Source: a virus
Taxonomy: Duplodnaviria; Caudoviricetes
Virus record (IMG/VR): IMGVR_UViG_3300046615_000451
Coordinates: 19,357 to 83,356 of that record
Length of the DNA stretch: 64,000 nucleotides
Strand: one strand, 5' to 3'
Each line of letters starts with the position of its first letter. The first letter of the stretch is position 1. Position numbers and translations under genes: made by a program. This document shows positions 1 through 9,586 of the stretch, piece after piece. Under the pieces are notes generated by a model that saw only the letters and a program-made list of their open reading frames with translations, did no database searches and was not told the DNA's origin.

Positions 1-173
1 TCTGCTTTGTTGACGTCCCGAGTATACCACAGGCTCGGGATCTGCAAAGTTTCCAGCCTTTTCCAAGAATTCTCTAACGGTGTTTTGCTGATCCAGCCGC
101 GTGGCTGTGTCTTTCGGCTCCCGTTCGTGTCCGTGTTTTTTGCCGTCAGCATCCAATCTTTAGGGGGTGCTCG

Positions 174-1199
174 ATGAGCATCGTTCGCGCCGCACGAAAA
201 GCCCAGTTCTACAACCTGCCCACCAACATCGTCGATGACGATCGGTTGTCGTGGGAGGCCCGCGGCATGCTGGTTTACCTACTGAGCAAGCCGGATATGT
301 GGACGGTGCAGGTGCGGGATCTGATGAACCGCACCAAGAACGCCATAGGCAAGTCTGCTGGCAAAGACAAGGTGTACAGCATCCTCAACGAGCTACGCGC
401 CGCAGGGTATGTCTACCGGGAGTTCAGGCGGGAGGGCGGAAACTTCGTGGGGGTGGATTACGAAGTGTCTGAGACGCCTGATTTAGAGGCTGCTGCCGAA
501 TATGTGCAGTCCTTGGAAGTGAAAGCCAGCGCACCGTTTCCGGATTTGACGGAAACGGTAGATCCGGCGCCACCGTTTCCGGATTTGGCGGAAACGGCGG
601 AATCGTTTACGGCAAAGCCCGAAACATTAGACAGTACTGAAAGAGCAACAAGTATTGAAAAAGCAGTAAAACCTATCACCGACCCCCTGGTAGCAAAATC
701 TGACCAGGATCAGGGCGCCGATATCGACTCAACGCTACCCGCTGATTACCCAAGCGAATACCCACGCAATCCGGCCAGTACGATCTATGCCGCCTGGCTG
801 GCGTATGCCGTGGCCTTCCGTGAGAGGTACAAGCTTTGGCCGGTCTACAACGCCACCGTGGCCGGGATCATGGGCAAGGCCGTGGCTCGCATCCAAGACG
901 CAACGCCAGCCGCTGCGACCCATTACGTCAAGCATGAATCCGCCGCGTCACTGACTGACAAGCTCCACCCCGTCGCCATCTTTTTGAAGCATTGCGAAAG
1001 CTACGCCGGCAAGGCCGTGCTGACCGAGCAAAGCCAAAAGCGAGCGGACAGAGCGGCGGTGGCCGTGCAGGAAGCGGAACGAGCCAGCGCAGCAGCGCCC
1101 CAGGCAATCGAAAACACTAAATCCACACCGTCGCCAGCCTCCACCGGCGCCGCAGCCCTGAGCGCGCTCAAAACTCGCGTGGGCATCCCGAGCAAGTGA
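174..1199 (+). CDS. Phage-type replication initiator / replisome organiser with N-terminal HTH (candidate lytic replicon, functional analogue of P1 RepL)
   Basis: N-terminal NLPTNIVDDDRLSWEARGMLVYLLSKPDMW...LNELRAAGYV is typical of HTH_36-type phage replication proteins; gene contains internal iteron-like repeats. Confidence 0.7.
   Translation: MSIVRAARKAQFYNLPTNIVDDDRLSWEARGMLVYLLSKPDMWTVQVRDLMNRTKNAIGKSAGKDKVYSILNELRAAGYVYREFRREGGNFVGVDYEVSETPDLEAAAEYVQSLEVKASAPFPDLTETVDPAPPFPDLAETAESFTAKPETLDSTERATSIEKAVKPITDPLVAKSDQDQGADIDSTLPADYPSEYPRNPASTIYAAWLAYAVAFRERYKLWPVYNATVAGIMGKAVARIQDATPAAATHYVKHESAASLTDKLHPVAIFLKHCESYAGKAVLTEQSQKRADRAAVAVQEAERASAAAPQAIENTKSTPSPASTGAAALSALKTRVGIPSK
532..597. 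repeat. Two 27-bp direct repeats, each an imperfect palindrome (CACCGTTTCCGGATTTG[A/G]CGGAAACGG), candidate lytic origin iterons
   Basis: 532-558 and 571-597, 1 mismatch; followed by an A-rich tract at about 640-672. Confidence 0.8.
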
Positions 1200-1244
1200 T
1201 TCACCCGTAACGCCAAACACTCAATCGCCAGAGAGAAAACAACC

Positions 1245-1652
1245 ATGCGCTATTCCGGTAAAAACCCAACCAAGGCCCAAGACCAGTGGTTCAACGACGT
1301 TGCGGACATTTGCGGTTGCATCTGCTGCATGTTGGACGGCTTCAAGCGGGACTTTTCAGAGCAGGCCCACGTTTCGATCCACCACTGTGACGGCCGCACC
1401 AAGCCCCACGCGCATTTCTTTGTGCTGCCGCTGTGCGCTGGACACCACCAAAACGGCTATGGCCAGCGACCGGGGATGTTGGCGGTTCACGGCCACAAAG
1501 CGCGCTGGATTGAGCAGTACGGCAGCGAAATCGAACTGGTGGGGATGTGTGTCCAGATGGTAGACGCCTCGGGCCGCGCGGTACCGGATGGCGTGCGGGC
1601 ACTGGTGACCGCTTGGGAACAGAGCAATCACGATTCGACTGAGGCCGCCTGA
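1245..1652 (+). CDS. ref: Ref-family recombination enhancement HNH nuclease
   Basis: CICC...IHH...LPLCAGHHQ motif pattern; length similar to P1 Ref. Confidence 0.75.
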   Translation: MRYSGKNPTKAQDQWFNDVADICGCICCMLDGFKRDFSEQAHVSIHHCDGRTKPHAHFFVLPLCAGHHQNGYGQRPGMLAVHGHKARWIEQYGSEIELVGMCVQMVDASGRAVPDGVRALVTAWEQSNHDSTEAA

Positions 1653-1861
1653 TGAGCGACACCGAACAAGTACAGGCACCGGCAAAAAGGAGCACGAAGG
1701 TTTGCCGGTGCGGGAGTACAGCCCTGATCACATTCAAGTCGCTCAACCGCAAGCGGTGCAGTGACTGCAACAAGCTCATGTACTGGCCGCTCGACGAAGG
1801 CCAGCAACCACTCAACGGCCACCACCGGGCGGGCCGCAAGAACAAGGATCAACCAAAATGA
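1652..1861 (+). CDS. Small zinc-ribbon protein
   Basis: CRCG...CSDC; start/stop coupled with neighbours. Confidence 0.6.
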   Translation: MSDTEQVQAPAKRSTKVCRCGSTALITFKSLNRKRCSDCNKLMYWPLDEGQQPLNGHHRAGRKNKDQPK

Positions 1862-2298
1862 AAGCCAAACGTATCGGCACCCACGATCTGCCACTGCCTG
1901 AGCGCGCCAAGGCCCGAGACTTCGGTTACGACCTGCGCACCGCACACATGGTGTACCTGCCGCCTGGCAAGCGCACCACAATCCATACCGGCTTCGCCTA
2001 TGAGTTCCTGGCCGACCAGGGCGCGCAAATCTGGCCGCGCAGTGGGTTGGCGGAAAAGCACGGTATCGACGTATTGGCCGGACTGGTCGACGGTGGCTAT
2101 CAGGGTGAGGTGAAAGTGATCCTGGTCAACCACGGCGATGAGCCGGTGACGTTTGAGGCGGGGGATAGAATCGCGCAGATGGTAATCGTTACCCGTGTAA
2201 TGCCGACGTTCTTCGGTACAGAGCTGGTCGAGGTGGAAGAGTTCACCACGGCCTCAGACCGTGGCGCCGGCGGTTTCGGCCACACTGGCGCCGCGTAG
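1858..2298 (+). CDS. dut: Trimeric dUTPase
   Basis: Motifs GYDL, PRSGLA, GLVDGGYQGEVKV, GDRIAQ, RGAGGFGHTG. Confidence 0.95.
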   Translation: MKAKRIGTHDLPLPERAKARDFGYDLRTAHMVYLPPGKRTTIHTGFAYEFLADQGAQIWPRSGLAEKHGIDVLAGLVDGGYQGEVKVILVNHGDEPVTFEAGDRIAQMVIVTRVMPTFFGTELVEVEEFTTASDRGAGGFGHTGAA

Positions 2299-2431
2299 CT
2301 TTGCCTTAGTGTGTCCGGGGATACTTTCTATCCCCGGACGCAATCCATAAGTTTTATTCAAATAAAGCTTTATAAAATTCAGGGCCTAATGATAATCTTG
2401 CGTCTTCACCAAAACGCCAGAGATAAACCCG

Positions 2432-2788
2432 ATGCCCACCCTCCCACTCATGTTTAGCCGGATGTCGGCGGACCTGTTAGCGCACCGAATGCGCTTCCTG
2501 GCCTGCCCTGAAATCCTGGCAGATTTGTACGACATCAACCCGCCGGCCGGGTTTGACCTTGAGCGCTGGGCCGATACCGCCCGTGCGCTGACCGAGGATC
2601 TGCAAGCCGGTAAAGCCATTACCCCCGATCAAGCCACCATCGCGTTGCTGGTCGAATCGCTTGAAGGCAATAGCGTGATCGCCAAAGCCCCTATGAGTAG
2701 TCGTGCCGGCCTGATTCAAGTGGCCGCCATGATTGCAACCCGTCTTAAGCCCTATGCAGGCCGCACGATTCATCCGGAGGTTCACTGA
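2432..2788 (+). CDS. Hypothetical protein
   Basis: First ORF after an AT-rich promoter-like region; tiles with the next gene. Confidence 0.55.
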   Translation: MPTLPLMFSRMSADLLAHRMRFLACPEILADLYDINPPAGFDLERWADTARALTEDLQAGKAITPDQATIALLVESLEGNSVIAKAPMSSRAGLIQVAAMIATRLKPYAGRTIHPEVH

Positions 2789-2789
2789 T

Positions 2790-3458
2790 ATGACCGTTCA
2801 AACCCTAACCCCGGTCGGCGGCAAGCCTGATTGGGTTGGCGCGATGGTGGGCAATCCCCGCTTTGAGTTCACCGCGCGTCTGTGTACCGGCAACGACAAG
2901 CTGCGCCTGATCGCCAAGCACCTGCCGACCTGCACCACGGCCGAGCTGGAGGTGTGCGCCGTCGGCAATTCCGACATGAATACCGCCCGTGTTGAGCTGT
3001 GCGAGAAACTGGTGGCGACCATGCTGCAAGAAGGCACGGTAGATCACGGTATTAGCCAGTTCGCCAAACTGCTGCGCTGTGAGTACGCCAATCGCCTGAT
3101 TCAGGTCATTTCCAGCTATGGCCGGTTCTTCTTTTACTCCCGGTCGTGCGACAGCGTGGCGCGGCTGACCTTTGACCAGCGGGTTTACTTGCACGATGAG
3201 AAAGGCGCCACGATTGAGGTTAAGGCATCCAGCAAGTGGAAGGGGTTCAGCCACGGGGGCACGCTGCGCGATCTGGTGTTGCAGATGCGCAACTACGTGA
3301 TGCGGGGGGAGCGTATCGACCCGGCCTATCTCGGGATCGATCGTCGGCTGGGCGGAAACATTTGGGGCTACCCGCCTGAGCAGATGCGCCTGTGTCGTGA
3401 GGCGGCGCAGCAGCTGCCGATTATCAACGTGGCCACCCCAATGGAGTGCGCCGCATGA
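2790..3458 (+). CDS. Hypothetical phage protein (WxGFSHGGTL family), paralogue of 25880-26338
   Basis: Start moved to ATG 2790 after a GGAGG SD; C-terminal WKGFSHGGTLRDLV...WGY. Confidence 0.65.
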   Translation: MTVQTLTPVGGKPDWVGAMVGNPRFEFTARLCTGNDKLRLIAKHLPTCTTAELEVCAVGNSDMNTARVELCEKLVATMLQEGTVDHGISQFAKLLRCEYANRLIQVISSYGRFFFYSRSCDSVARLTFDQRVYLHDEKGATIEVKASSKWKGFSHGGTLRDLVLQMRNYVMRGERIDPAYLGIDRRLGGNIWGYPPEQMRLCREAAQQLPIINVATPMECAA

Positions 3459-3604
3459 GCATTCACCTCGGGCCAAAGCCGTTTGGCCATATCAGCGTTA
3501 AGTCCGTTTGTGATGAGTGCGGCAAGGCGCGTAGCAGCGGTAACCACGCGAAGTGCAGCAAGAAGCGCCAAGTTCGCACCGCCTCGCTGAGGGCTGGGCA
3601 ATGA
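3455..3604 (+). CDS. Small Cys/His zinc-binding protein (49 aa, below the track cut-off)
   Basis: Manual translation: CDECGKARSSGNHAKCSKKRQ; ATGA overlaps at both ends. Confidence 0.6.
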   Translation: MSIHLGPKPFGHISVKSVCDECGKARSSGNHAKCSKKRQVRTASLRAGQ

Positions 3605-3987
3605 CCACCTCTGTCGCGCCACCGCTGGCGCCTGTCTTGACCGCCGCGGAACAGGACCAGATCGAAGCCGCCGAGCTGCAAAGCTGGCTGGTGGGTAATG
3701 CCCGGTCGATCCGCCCAGTGGCACGCGTTGGGCTTATGGGTTGGGCGCTGGCGGCACTCAAGGCCAACCCTGCACTGGCCGAGCTGCATATTCTTGAAGA
3801 GGTCTGCGCCTTCTACGCGAATGACGAAGACACTTTTAACCGTGAAGGCGGGGAGCCTTTCGGCTCGATCCCTACTGAGGTCGGCATGAAAGCCCGCCAG
3901 GCCCGCGAACGGTTCATTGAGCGGGAAGAACGGGCCAATAGCGCTATTGAGTTAAAGCGTTATAACTCTTTAGAGTCGGGCGAATGA
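3601..3987 (+). CDS. Hypothetical protein
   Basis: Coupled ATG at 3601. Confidence 0.55.
   Translation: MTTSVAPPLAPVLTAAEQDQIEAAELQSWLVGNARSIRPVARVGLMGWALAALKANPALAELHILEEVCAFYANDEDTFNREGGEPFGSIPTEVGMKARQARERFIEREERANSAIELKRYNSLESGE
3937..3976. promoter_or_regulatory. parH-like 8-bp-periodic box array (site A)
   Basis: aata GCGC tatt GAGT taaa GCGT tata ACTC ttta GAGT. Confidence 0.7.
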
Positions 3988-4361
3988 TGCGGGCCGCCGA
4001 GATACAGACCGACATGTTTGCCATGCCGGTCGAAGCGTCGAAGCCGGTACCCATGGCGCCGGTGGCCAGCGTGGAAAGCCGGGCACTCAATGCGGTGTAT
4101 GGCGAGTATCTGGAGCACAGCATTCGCTATTACCTCCTGGACGCCCCTTTAGTTTCAGACGCTTATTTCGACGGCCTTTGCAAAACGCTGCTGGCCGGCT
4201 GGGAGCTGGTCACGCACCGGTTCAAACACATGTGTGACGAATCGGCCTTGCATGCCGGGACGGGGTTTCAGTTGCCATTTCACGAGCTGGACCCAATCGT
4301 CTGGATGTGCCGCCAGCACCACGAAACCCCACTCAAAGACATTTACGGAATCCACCCATGA
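3984..4361 (+). CDS. Stand-alone NAD-dependent DNA ligase subdomain Ia-like protein
   Basis: EHSIRYYLLDAPLVSDAYFDGL resembles the LigA HxxxYY...P.ISDAEYD.L motif; no adenylation domain. Confidence 0.6.
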   Translation: MMRAAEIQTDMFAMPVEASKPVPMAPVASVESRALNAVYGEYLEHSIRYYLLDAPLVSDAYFDGLCKTLLAGWELVTHRFKHMCDESALHAGTGFQLPFHELDPIVWMCRQHHETPLKDIYGIHP

Positions 4362-5092
4362 ATAACCAAGCCCCCGCCGTCGCTATTACCCGCCACTCCG
4401 CTACAACCCTGCGCTTTGCCACTGGTGACCTGGCGAAGGCCGAGTATGTGGACGCCAAGCTGTTGGACGAAGCCCTGGCGCGCATTGCCGAGCTTGAGGC
4501 GCCAGTGGCCCAGCACCAGGGCGCACCGGCAACGCTTCGATTCCCCACCATGCTGCGCAAGATGTGGTCGGGTGGTGAGGTTCAGAGTTGGATCGAAGAG
4601 CAAGGCCCGCTTTATCGTCAGCCAATGCAGTACCAGGGCGATGCGGCAACGCTCCAGCAGGTTTATGACGTGTTCGGTGTTGGTGAGCTGGCGCGTACCC
4701 CCAGCACGCTGCTGACCTGTCTGCACAACGTGAAACGGTTTTCCGATCTTCTGCACGCCGTGGAGCGTGAGTTTTTCATGGTGCCGGGTGAGCCGTCTGG
4801 TGAGCCGGAGGACGAAGGGGCGCCGGTTGACGACGATTGCCTGGTGAATTGCTGGGGATCGTCACAAGAGCAATACCTTGAGCAGTTCCGTACCGCGCTG
4901 CTGCTGATTTCCAAGCCAGCAGGGGAACCGGTGGCGCATATCCAGTTTGGCGAGGTTGATTCGGGCGAGATTGGCGATTACGAGATTGAGCCAAACCGTA
5001 AGGTCTGCGAGGCCTTGAACTTGGCGGATAACGGGAATGCGTCGATCTATGACCTGTATCTGTTCCCGCGCCAGGAATCCGCCGAGCAATGA
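4358..5092 (+). CDS. Hypothetical phage protein
   Basis: Coupled ATG 4358. Confidence 0.55.
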   Translation: MNNQAPAVAITRHSATTLRFATGDLAKAEYVDAKLLDEALARIAELEAPVAQHQGAPATLRFPTMLRKMWSGGEVQSWIEEQGPLYRQPMQYQGDAATLQQVYDVFGVGELARTPSTLLTCLHNVKRFSDLLHAVEREFFMVPGEPSGEPEDEGAPVDDDCLVNCWGSSQEQYLEQFRTALLLISKPAGEPVAHIQFGEVDSGEIGDYEIEPNRKVCEALNLADNGNASIYDLYLFPRQESAEQ

Positions 5093-5232
5093 CCAAGCAC
5101 CTCGTTTGGTTCCCGCCCCAGTACGGTAATCCCGGCGCTTGGCGCGAATGCACCGTAGACCGGTTCGGCGTGTGGCGTGGCCCGACCGGCTCGTACATTC
5201 CGGCCCCTAGCCCTGATCGAGTAAAAACATGA
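5089..5232 (+). CDS. Small hypothetical protein (47 aa)
   Basis: Manual translation MTKHLVWFPPQYGNPGAW...; ATGA overlaps at both ends. Confidence 0.5.
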   Translation: MTKHLVWFPPQYGNPGAWRECTVDRFGVWRGPTGSYIPAPSPDRVKT

Positions 5233-5645
5233 AAGCACTGACAATTCGCCAGCCATGGGCCTGGCTGATCATCCACGGCGGCAAGGACATCGAAAACCGC
5301 TCGTGGCACACAAAGTTTCGCGGGCGCTTCCTGGTGCATGCCGCCAAGGGGATGACAAGGGACGAATACGCCGACGCTTACCAATTCGCCCTGGAATGCG
5401 GCATTACCGACCTACCGCGTTTCGCAGAACTGGAGCGCGGCGGGATTGTTGGCTCTGTTGAGCTGGTCGACAGCTTGGACCGTAGCGATTCGCCCTGGTA
5501 CATGGGCCAGAAGGCTTTCCTGCTGCGCGATCCTCAGCCTATCCCGTTCATTCCGTACACCGGCCAGCTCCAATTTTTCGAAGTGCCTGACAATCTTGTT
5601 GCCCGGTGCCGAATCCCTACAGCCTTCAAGGGAGAATCCAAATGA
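5229..5645 (+). CDS. ASCH-domain protein
   Basis: MKALTIRQPWAWLIIHGGKDIENRSW...RGRFLVHAAK signature. Confidence 0.9.
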   Translation: MKALTIRQPWAWLIIHGGKDIENRSWHTKFRGRFLVHAAKGMTRDEYADAYQFALECGITDLPRFAELERGGIVGSVELVDSLDRSDSPWYMGQKAFLLRDPQPIPFIPYTGQLQFFEVPDNLVARCRIPTAFKGESK

Positions 5646-6451
5646 CCGACATCGACCCTACCGAGCTTGAGCGCGTTATTCGCAAGATCAAGCACTGCCT
5701 GGCGCTGTCGACCAGCGCCAACGAGCACGAAGCGGCGGCCGCCATGCGTCAGGCTCAAAAGCTGATGGCCAAGTATCGACTCACCGAGGCAGAGGTGAAC
5801 CTGAGTGACGTGGGCGAGGCCCGTAGCGACCTGTCCAAGGCCAAGCGCGACGTGTGGGACTGCATGTTGTCGTCCATGGTCGGCACGGTGTTCGACTGTG
5901 AGGTGCTGACAGTAAAGGGCTACAACCAAATCACCCTCAAGCGTATCGAGCGGGCCATGTTTGTGGGTGTGAAACCGGCGCCGGAAATTGCCAAGTACGC
6001 CTATGAAACACTGCACCGTCAGTGCTCAGGCGCTCGTAAGGCGTATATCGAGCGGATCAAGCGCGGAGAGGTTCCAGAAGCGCCGGGAACCCCCAATACC
6101 CGAGGCAACCACTTCGCGTTTTATTGGGTGGGCGTGGTCGAGGACAAGCTGCGGGCGCTGGTGCCGGATGGTGAAGACACGCCAGAGCAGGCCGAAAGCA
6201 ATGCTCGCGCGCTGATCGTGATCAAGTCCAACAACCAGGAGCTGATCACGGCCTACATAAGAGACCTCACGGGCGGCAAGGGGCCGACCGAAGGGACAAA
6301 CCATCGTAAGTGCAAGGTATCCCCGGTGGACGCTCATTTTGGCATCAGGGCGGGGCGTCAGGCTCAGGTCAATCATGGCGTGGGCACTACCGGCGAACCA
6401 CTGGCCGCCATTGGCCAGCCACCCGTAGGCACGCAAGGGAGCTTTCTGTGA
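5642..6451 (+). CDS. DUF2786-domain protein
   Basis: VIRKIKHCLALSTSANEHEAAAAMRQAQKLMAKY; start moved to ATG 5642. Confidence 0.85.
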   Translation: MTDIDPTELERVIRKIKHCLALSTSANEHEAAAAMRQAQKLMAKYRLTEAEVNLSDVGEARSDLSKAKRDVWDCMLSSMVGTVFDCEVLTVKGYNQITLKRIERAMFVGVKPAPEIAKYAYETLHRQCSGARKAYIERIKRGEVPEAPGTPNTRGNHFAFYWVGVVEDKLRALVPDGEDTPEQAESNARALIVIKSNNQELITAYIRDLTGGKGPTEGTNHRKCKVSPVDAHFGIRAGRQAQVNHGVGTTGEPLAAIGQPPVGTQGSFL

Positions 6452-7071
6452 GCGAATTCCTATTGCAGGACTCCCGCGGCAACACCGGCGACCGCCTGAT
6501 GTTTTGGGCGGCGGGCGGCGGGTACACGACGAACCTGGTCGCGGCTCAGCGCTACACCAAGGAAGAGGCGGCCAGTCAGAACGAAAGCCGGGAAACCGAT
6601 CTGCCTTGGCCGGTTGATTACCTGATGGCGCGTCACACGCTGGCGGTCGATTGCCAGTATGTGAATCCGGACGATATCGCGGCGCAGCTGGACGGTACCG
6701 AGCCGGTCTATCTGTACGCGGCCCGCGCCTGGGATGGCAATGATCTGCTGTGGCAGACCAATGATGGTCGGCATAGCGACAACCTGGCCGAGGCTGAGGC
6801 GTTTGAGGGGCGCGTGGGTGTCTCCGTGGGCGCTGTCGCCAGCAATGGCCTGAGAGCGATCCCTAAGGCCGTCGCTGACTCACTGGCGCGCAAGGTGGTG
6901 GCCGCCGGCAACGTAAAGCACAAGGAAGCACTGAGAGGAACGGGGATTATCCTTACCAAGCCCCCGAAGCTCAGGGTGTTCCGCGACCGGTGCGGCGGCT
7001 GCGGGGTGTTTATCTCCGACGCCCAGCGCTTCCAGGACTGCCCCAGGTGCGGAGGGAGTAACGCGCCATAG
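6448..7071 (+). CDS. Hypothetical phage protein with internal duplicated domain and C-terminal zinc ribbon
   Basis: GTG 6448 overlaps the upstream stop; LQDSRGNTGDRLMFW vs LYAARAWDGNDLLW; CGGC...CPRC. Confidence 0.6.
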   Translation: MSEFLLQDSRGNTGDRLMFWAAGGGYTTNLVAAQRYTKEEAASQNESRETDLPWPVDYLMARHTLAVDCQYVNPDDIAAQLDGTEPVYLYAARAWDGNDLLWQTNDGRHSDNLAEAEAFEGRVGVSVGAVASNGLRAIPKAVADSLARKVVAAGNVKHKEALRGTGIILTKPPKLRVFRDRCGGCGVFISDAQRFQDCPRCGGSNAP

Positions 7072-7100
7072 CGGCAACCCACAAGCGACATGATCCATTC

Positions 7101-7137
7101 AACGGCAAAGCGCCAAAACGCTTTGCCGTTTCTGTTT
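7101..7137 (+). terminator. Rho-independent terminator
   Basis: AACGGCAAAGCG-CCAAAA-CGCTTTGCCGTT stem then T-rich tail. Confidence 0.65.
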
Positions 7138-7188
7138 GAAGCGACGACAGCGACTGCCCGGCCAAAGGCATAAAGATTCGACTAACTG

Positions 7189-7220
7189 CAAAGAGTTAAG
7201 GCGTTAAAACGTTAATGACA
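7189..7220. promoter_or_regulatory. parH-like box array (site B)
   Basis: caaa GAGT taag GCGT taaa ACGT taat GACA. Confidence 0.6.
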
Positions 7221-7319
7221 CATTAGCGTTTTTATGTAATTATGCCGTTACTCCGCCAGAGATAAGGATTACCCCCATGAACGATTACCAAGCAATGGCT
7301 CCCGGCCAGGAGCACGCAA

Positions 7320-7670
7320 ATGGCTGAATACCTGTTAGTCACTCGCGAGCTGCTGCAAGGGCTGTATGAGGATCTTGAGCGCGCTGCGCCCGAAATGCCG
7401 TCTTTGAAGTCTGACGCCGGCGCCCGTCGCAACTTGATGCGCCTCATTCTGGCCCGCCAGCCGTCCGAGCATGTCCGCCCGATGCCGACCACTACGGAAG
7501 AGCTGGCGGAACAGGCGAAAGCGACGGCCGAACGCTTGCGCCATGCCGAGCGCTTGTTGCACCGGTGCCGGCCGCTGATCGTCGAAGGGGGGCGCCATGT
7601 CGAAGTCGGATCGGTGACTGAATCTGTAGAGCGGTTCCTTAAAACTGCATACCGTGGGGGTGAGGAATGA
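7320..7670 (+). CDS. Hypothetical protein
   Basis: AGGAG SD; coupled to the next gene. Confidence 0.55.
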   Translation: MAEYLLVTRELLQGLYEDLERAAPEMPSLKSDAGARRNLMRLILARQPSEHVRPMPTTTEELAEQAKATAERLRHAERLLHRCRPLIVEGGRHVEVGSVTESVERFLKTAYRGGEE

Positions 7671-8536
7671 GCACGACAGACGGACCAGTTCGCCACGACA
7701 TCATGTTCAGCATGTCCGCCGCGAGCCATGGGCGCGTGATTCTGCTGCTGAGCCAGTGTGGCCACAAAAACCTCAATCTGTTGCTGGCGCGTGGTCTGGC
7801 GCTGGTGCAATGGGTGGAGGATCAGCAAGACCTTGGCCGCACCATTGGCGCCGTGATTTATGGCGATGAGGGTGTAGACGTGGCAGAACTGGAAGAGCGC
7901 CCGGAGCTGTTGAAGCCTCAGCCGCGGCCCCAGTCGTTGACTCAACCCAAGGTCGTCGCCCCGGTACCGGTACAAGAGTCGGCGCCGGTGGTGGAGCCAA
8001 CTCCAGCCCCAAAGCCTGAGCCGGTGGCCACGCCTGCGCCGGTGATCGATCCCGCCAAGCTGGTGGCGCGTCCCAAGATGCCGCCCCCGGTAACGCAGCC
8101 GAAATACCGCGCCCCAAGTGGCCGTGAGCAGGTATTGCGCGCCCATATCCCCAATGACAACGGCCCGGTAAAGAGCCATTCGTGGGTGTGCTGGAAGTTT
8201 AAGCAGGAAAAGCGTCTGCCGCCGATCCTCATTGGTGATGACCGGGCGCTACCGGGGGAGTTGAGCCTTGAGCACCTGCCAGAGCTTGAGCGCATGTTGG
8301 TGGACGCTCGCCACGCCACGCACTTCCAGCTGACCAAAGAGAACTACCTTGCCTACTACGCCTTCCAGCACGGTACCGGGAAGCGCGGCGGCTGGTGCTA
8401 TGTCGAAGAAGGTTCTATGCAGCTGCGCAAGGATGACCAATGCGACGGCGGGCTGTTTGCGATCTTTCCGGTGGTGATGGCTGTCGAGTACTTGCGCCGT
8501 CTGGCCAATCCGCGGGCTTCGGTGGCCCGCGCATGA
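7667..8536 (+). CDS. Hypothetical protein with Pro-rich linker
   Basis: Coupled ORF in the operon. Confidence 0.6.
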   Translation: MSTTDGPVRHDIMFSMSAASHGRVILLLSQCGHKNLNLLLARGLALVQWVEDQQDLGRTIGAVIYGDEGVDVAELEERPELLKPQPRPQSLTQPKVVAPVPVQESAPVVEPTPAPKPEPVATPAPVIDPAKLVARPKMPPPVTQPKYRAPSGREQVLRAHIPNDNGPVKSHSWVCWKFKQEKRLPPILIGDDRALPGELSLEHLPELERMLVDARHATHFQLTKENYLAYYAFQHGTGKRGGWCYVEEGSMQLRKDDQCDGGLFAIFPVVMAVEYLRRLANPRASVARA

Positions 8537-8889
8537 ACGGCCGGAAGCATTGCGCCTTTGAGGCGTTCGTGATCGATCAGCACAGTGCGCAGATGAAGGG
8601 CGCCGGGCACCAGTTCACCGAGGCGATGCGCCAGCACATGGTCAAAACGCTTGAGCATGGGCGTCCGTATTACAGCTTTATCGAAGGTGGGGAGCAGTGG
8701 CCCGCGTTCGAAGCGGCCTGGAATCTTTCGCGGGAGGCGCTGGTGATTACGTTGCCGGCGCGTGCCAAGCCGATCGAATTGATGATCGAAGGCCGTCCGA
8801 TTTTCAGCATGAGCGGCGAAGGCCGTAACGCGGCGCTGGATGAATGCCGTGCCAATATCGAATCAGAAGGGGTAACAGTCAGTGAATGA
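8533..8889 (+). CDS. Hypothetical protein
   Basis: Coupled ATG 8533. Confidence 0.55.
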   Translation: MNGRKHCAFEAFVIDQHSAQMKGAGHQFTEAMRQHMVKTLEHGRPYYSFIEGGEQWPAFEAAWNLSREALVITLPARAKPIELMIEGRPIFSMSGEGRNAALDECRANIESEGVTVSE

Positions 8890-9586
8890 ATCAACGAAAT
8901 TTGACCTGTCCACGTCGGAAGGTGGGCGCGGTTACCTGGAGAACCTGTTTCAGACGCAGCTCAAGCGCCACGACTTTACGAATTACATCCGCGTCGAGCT
9001 GGCGGCTGACTTCGCCTGCGCCCTGTCGCAGTACATCGCCCCCGCCCAGGCCGAAATCAACGCTGGTCTGGCTCGTGAGCAAGTGTTGCGGGAACAGCTG
9101 GAGCCCAAGACAGTGCGCGAGCTTCTTGAGTGCAACATGATCAAGAATCTTTCCGAAAAGCAACTCAACGACGGACTCAAGCAGTTGCACCGTGAGAATA
9201 CGGACCTGCGCCGTCACCTTCACGAGGCCGCCACGTCGCTGGAAACGATCAGCAAGCTGGCCGGTCGGGATGAGTTCATGAAGCACATGAGCCAGGTGTG
9301 TGGCTACGCTAATAGCCGCGCCACGGTGGCTCGTGCGTTCATGGACCAGCTAGCAGAGGTAGATAATGCGCCGGTAGTGCTCCCTGACTCGGGACCGTAT
9401 GGCGTTGAACTGCCAGCGCAGACCTGGGACCAGATACACCAACACGCCAAGGAACTTGCCGAGTGTGCGAAGGACAGCAGCGACGTGACTTGTGAGCTTT
9501 CAGAGTCAGATATCAACGAGCTGATTTCCTTTGCCGTTGAGCTGATGCGCCCGAAACCAGCCGAAGAGGCCGCGGGTGATGAGTAA
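8882..9586 (+). CDS. Hypothetical phage protein (coiled-coil)
   Basis: Tiles with neighbours. Confidence 0.55.
   Translation: MNESTKFDLSTSEGGRGYLENLFQTQLKRHDFTNYIRVELAADFACALSQYIAPAQAEINAGLAREQVLREQLEPKTVRELLECNMIKNLSEKQLNDGLKQLHRENTDLRRHLHEAATSLETISKLAGRDEFMKHMSQVCGYANSRATVARAFMDQLAEVDNAPVVLPDSGPYGVELPAQTWDQIHQHAKELAECAKDSSDVTCELSESDINELISFAVELMRPKPAEEAAGDE

Noticed and set aside
1205-1230. Possible further parH-like array before ref (also 22195-22220 and 32768-32800)
   Set aside because: Tetramers are not in a constant 8-bp register.
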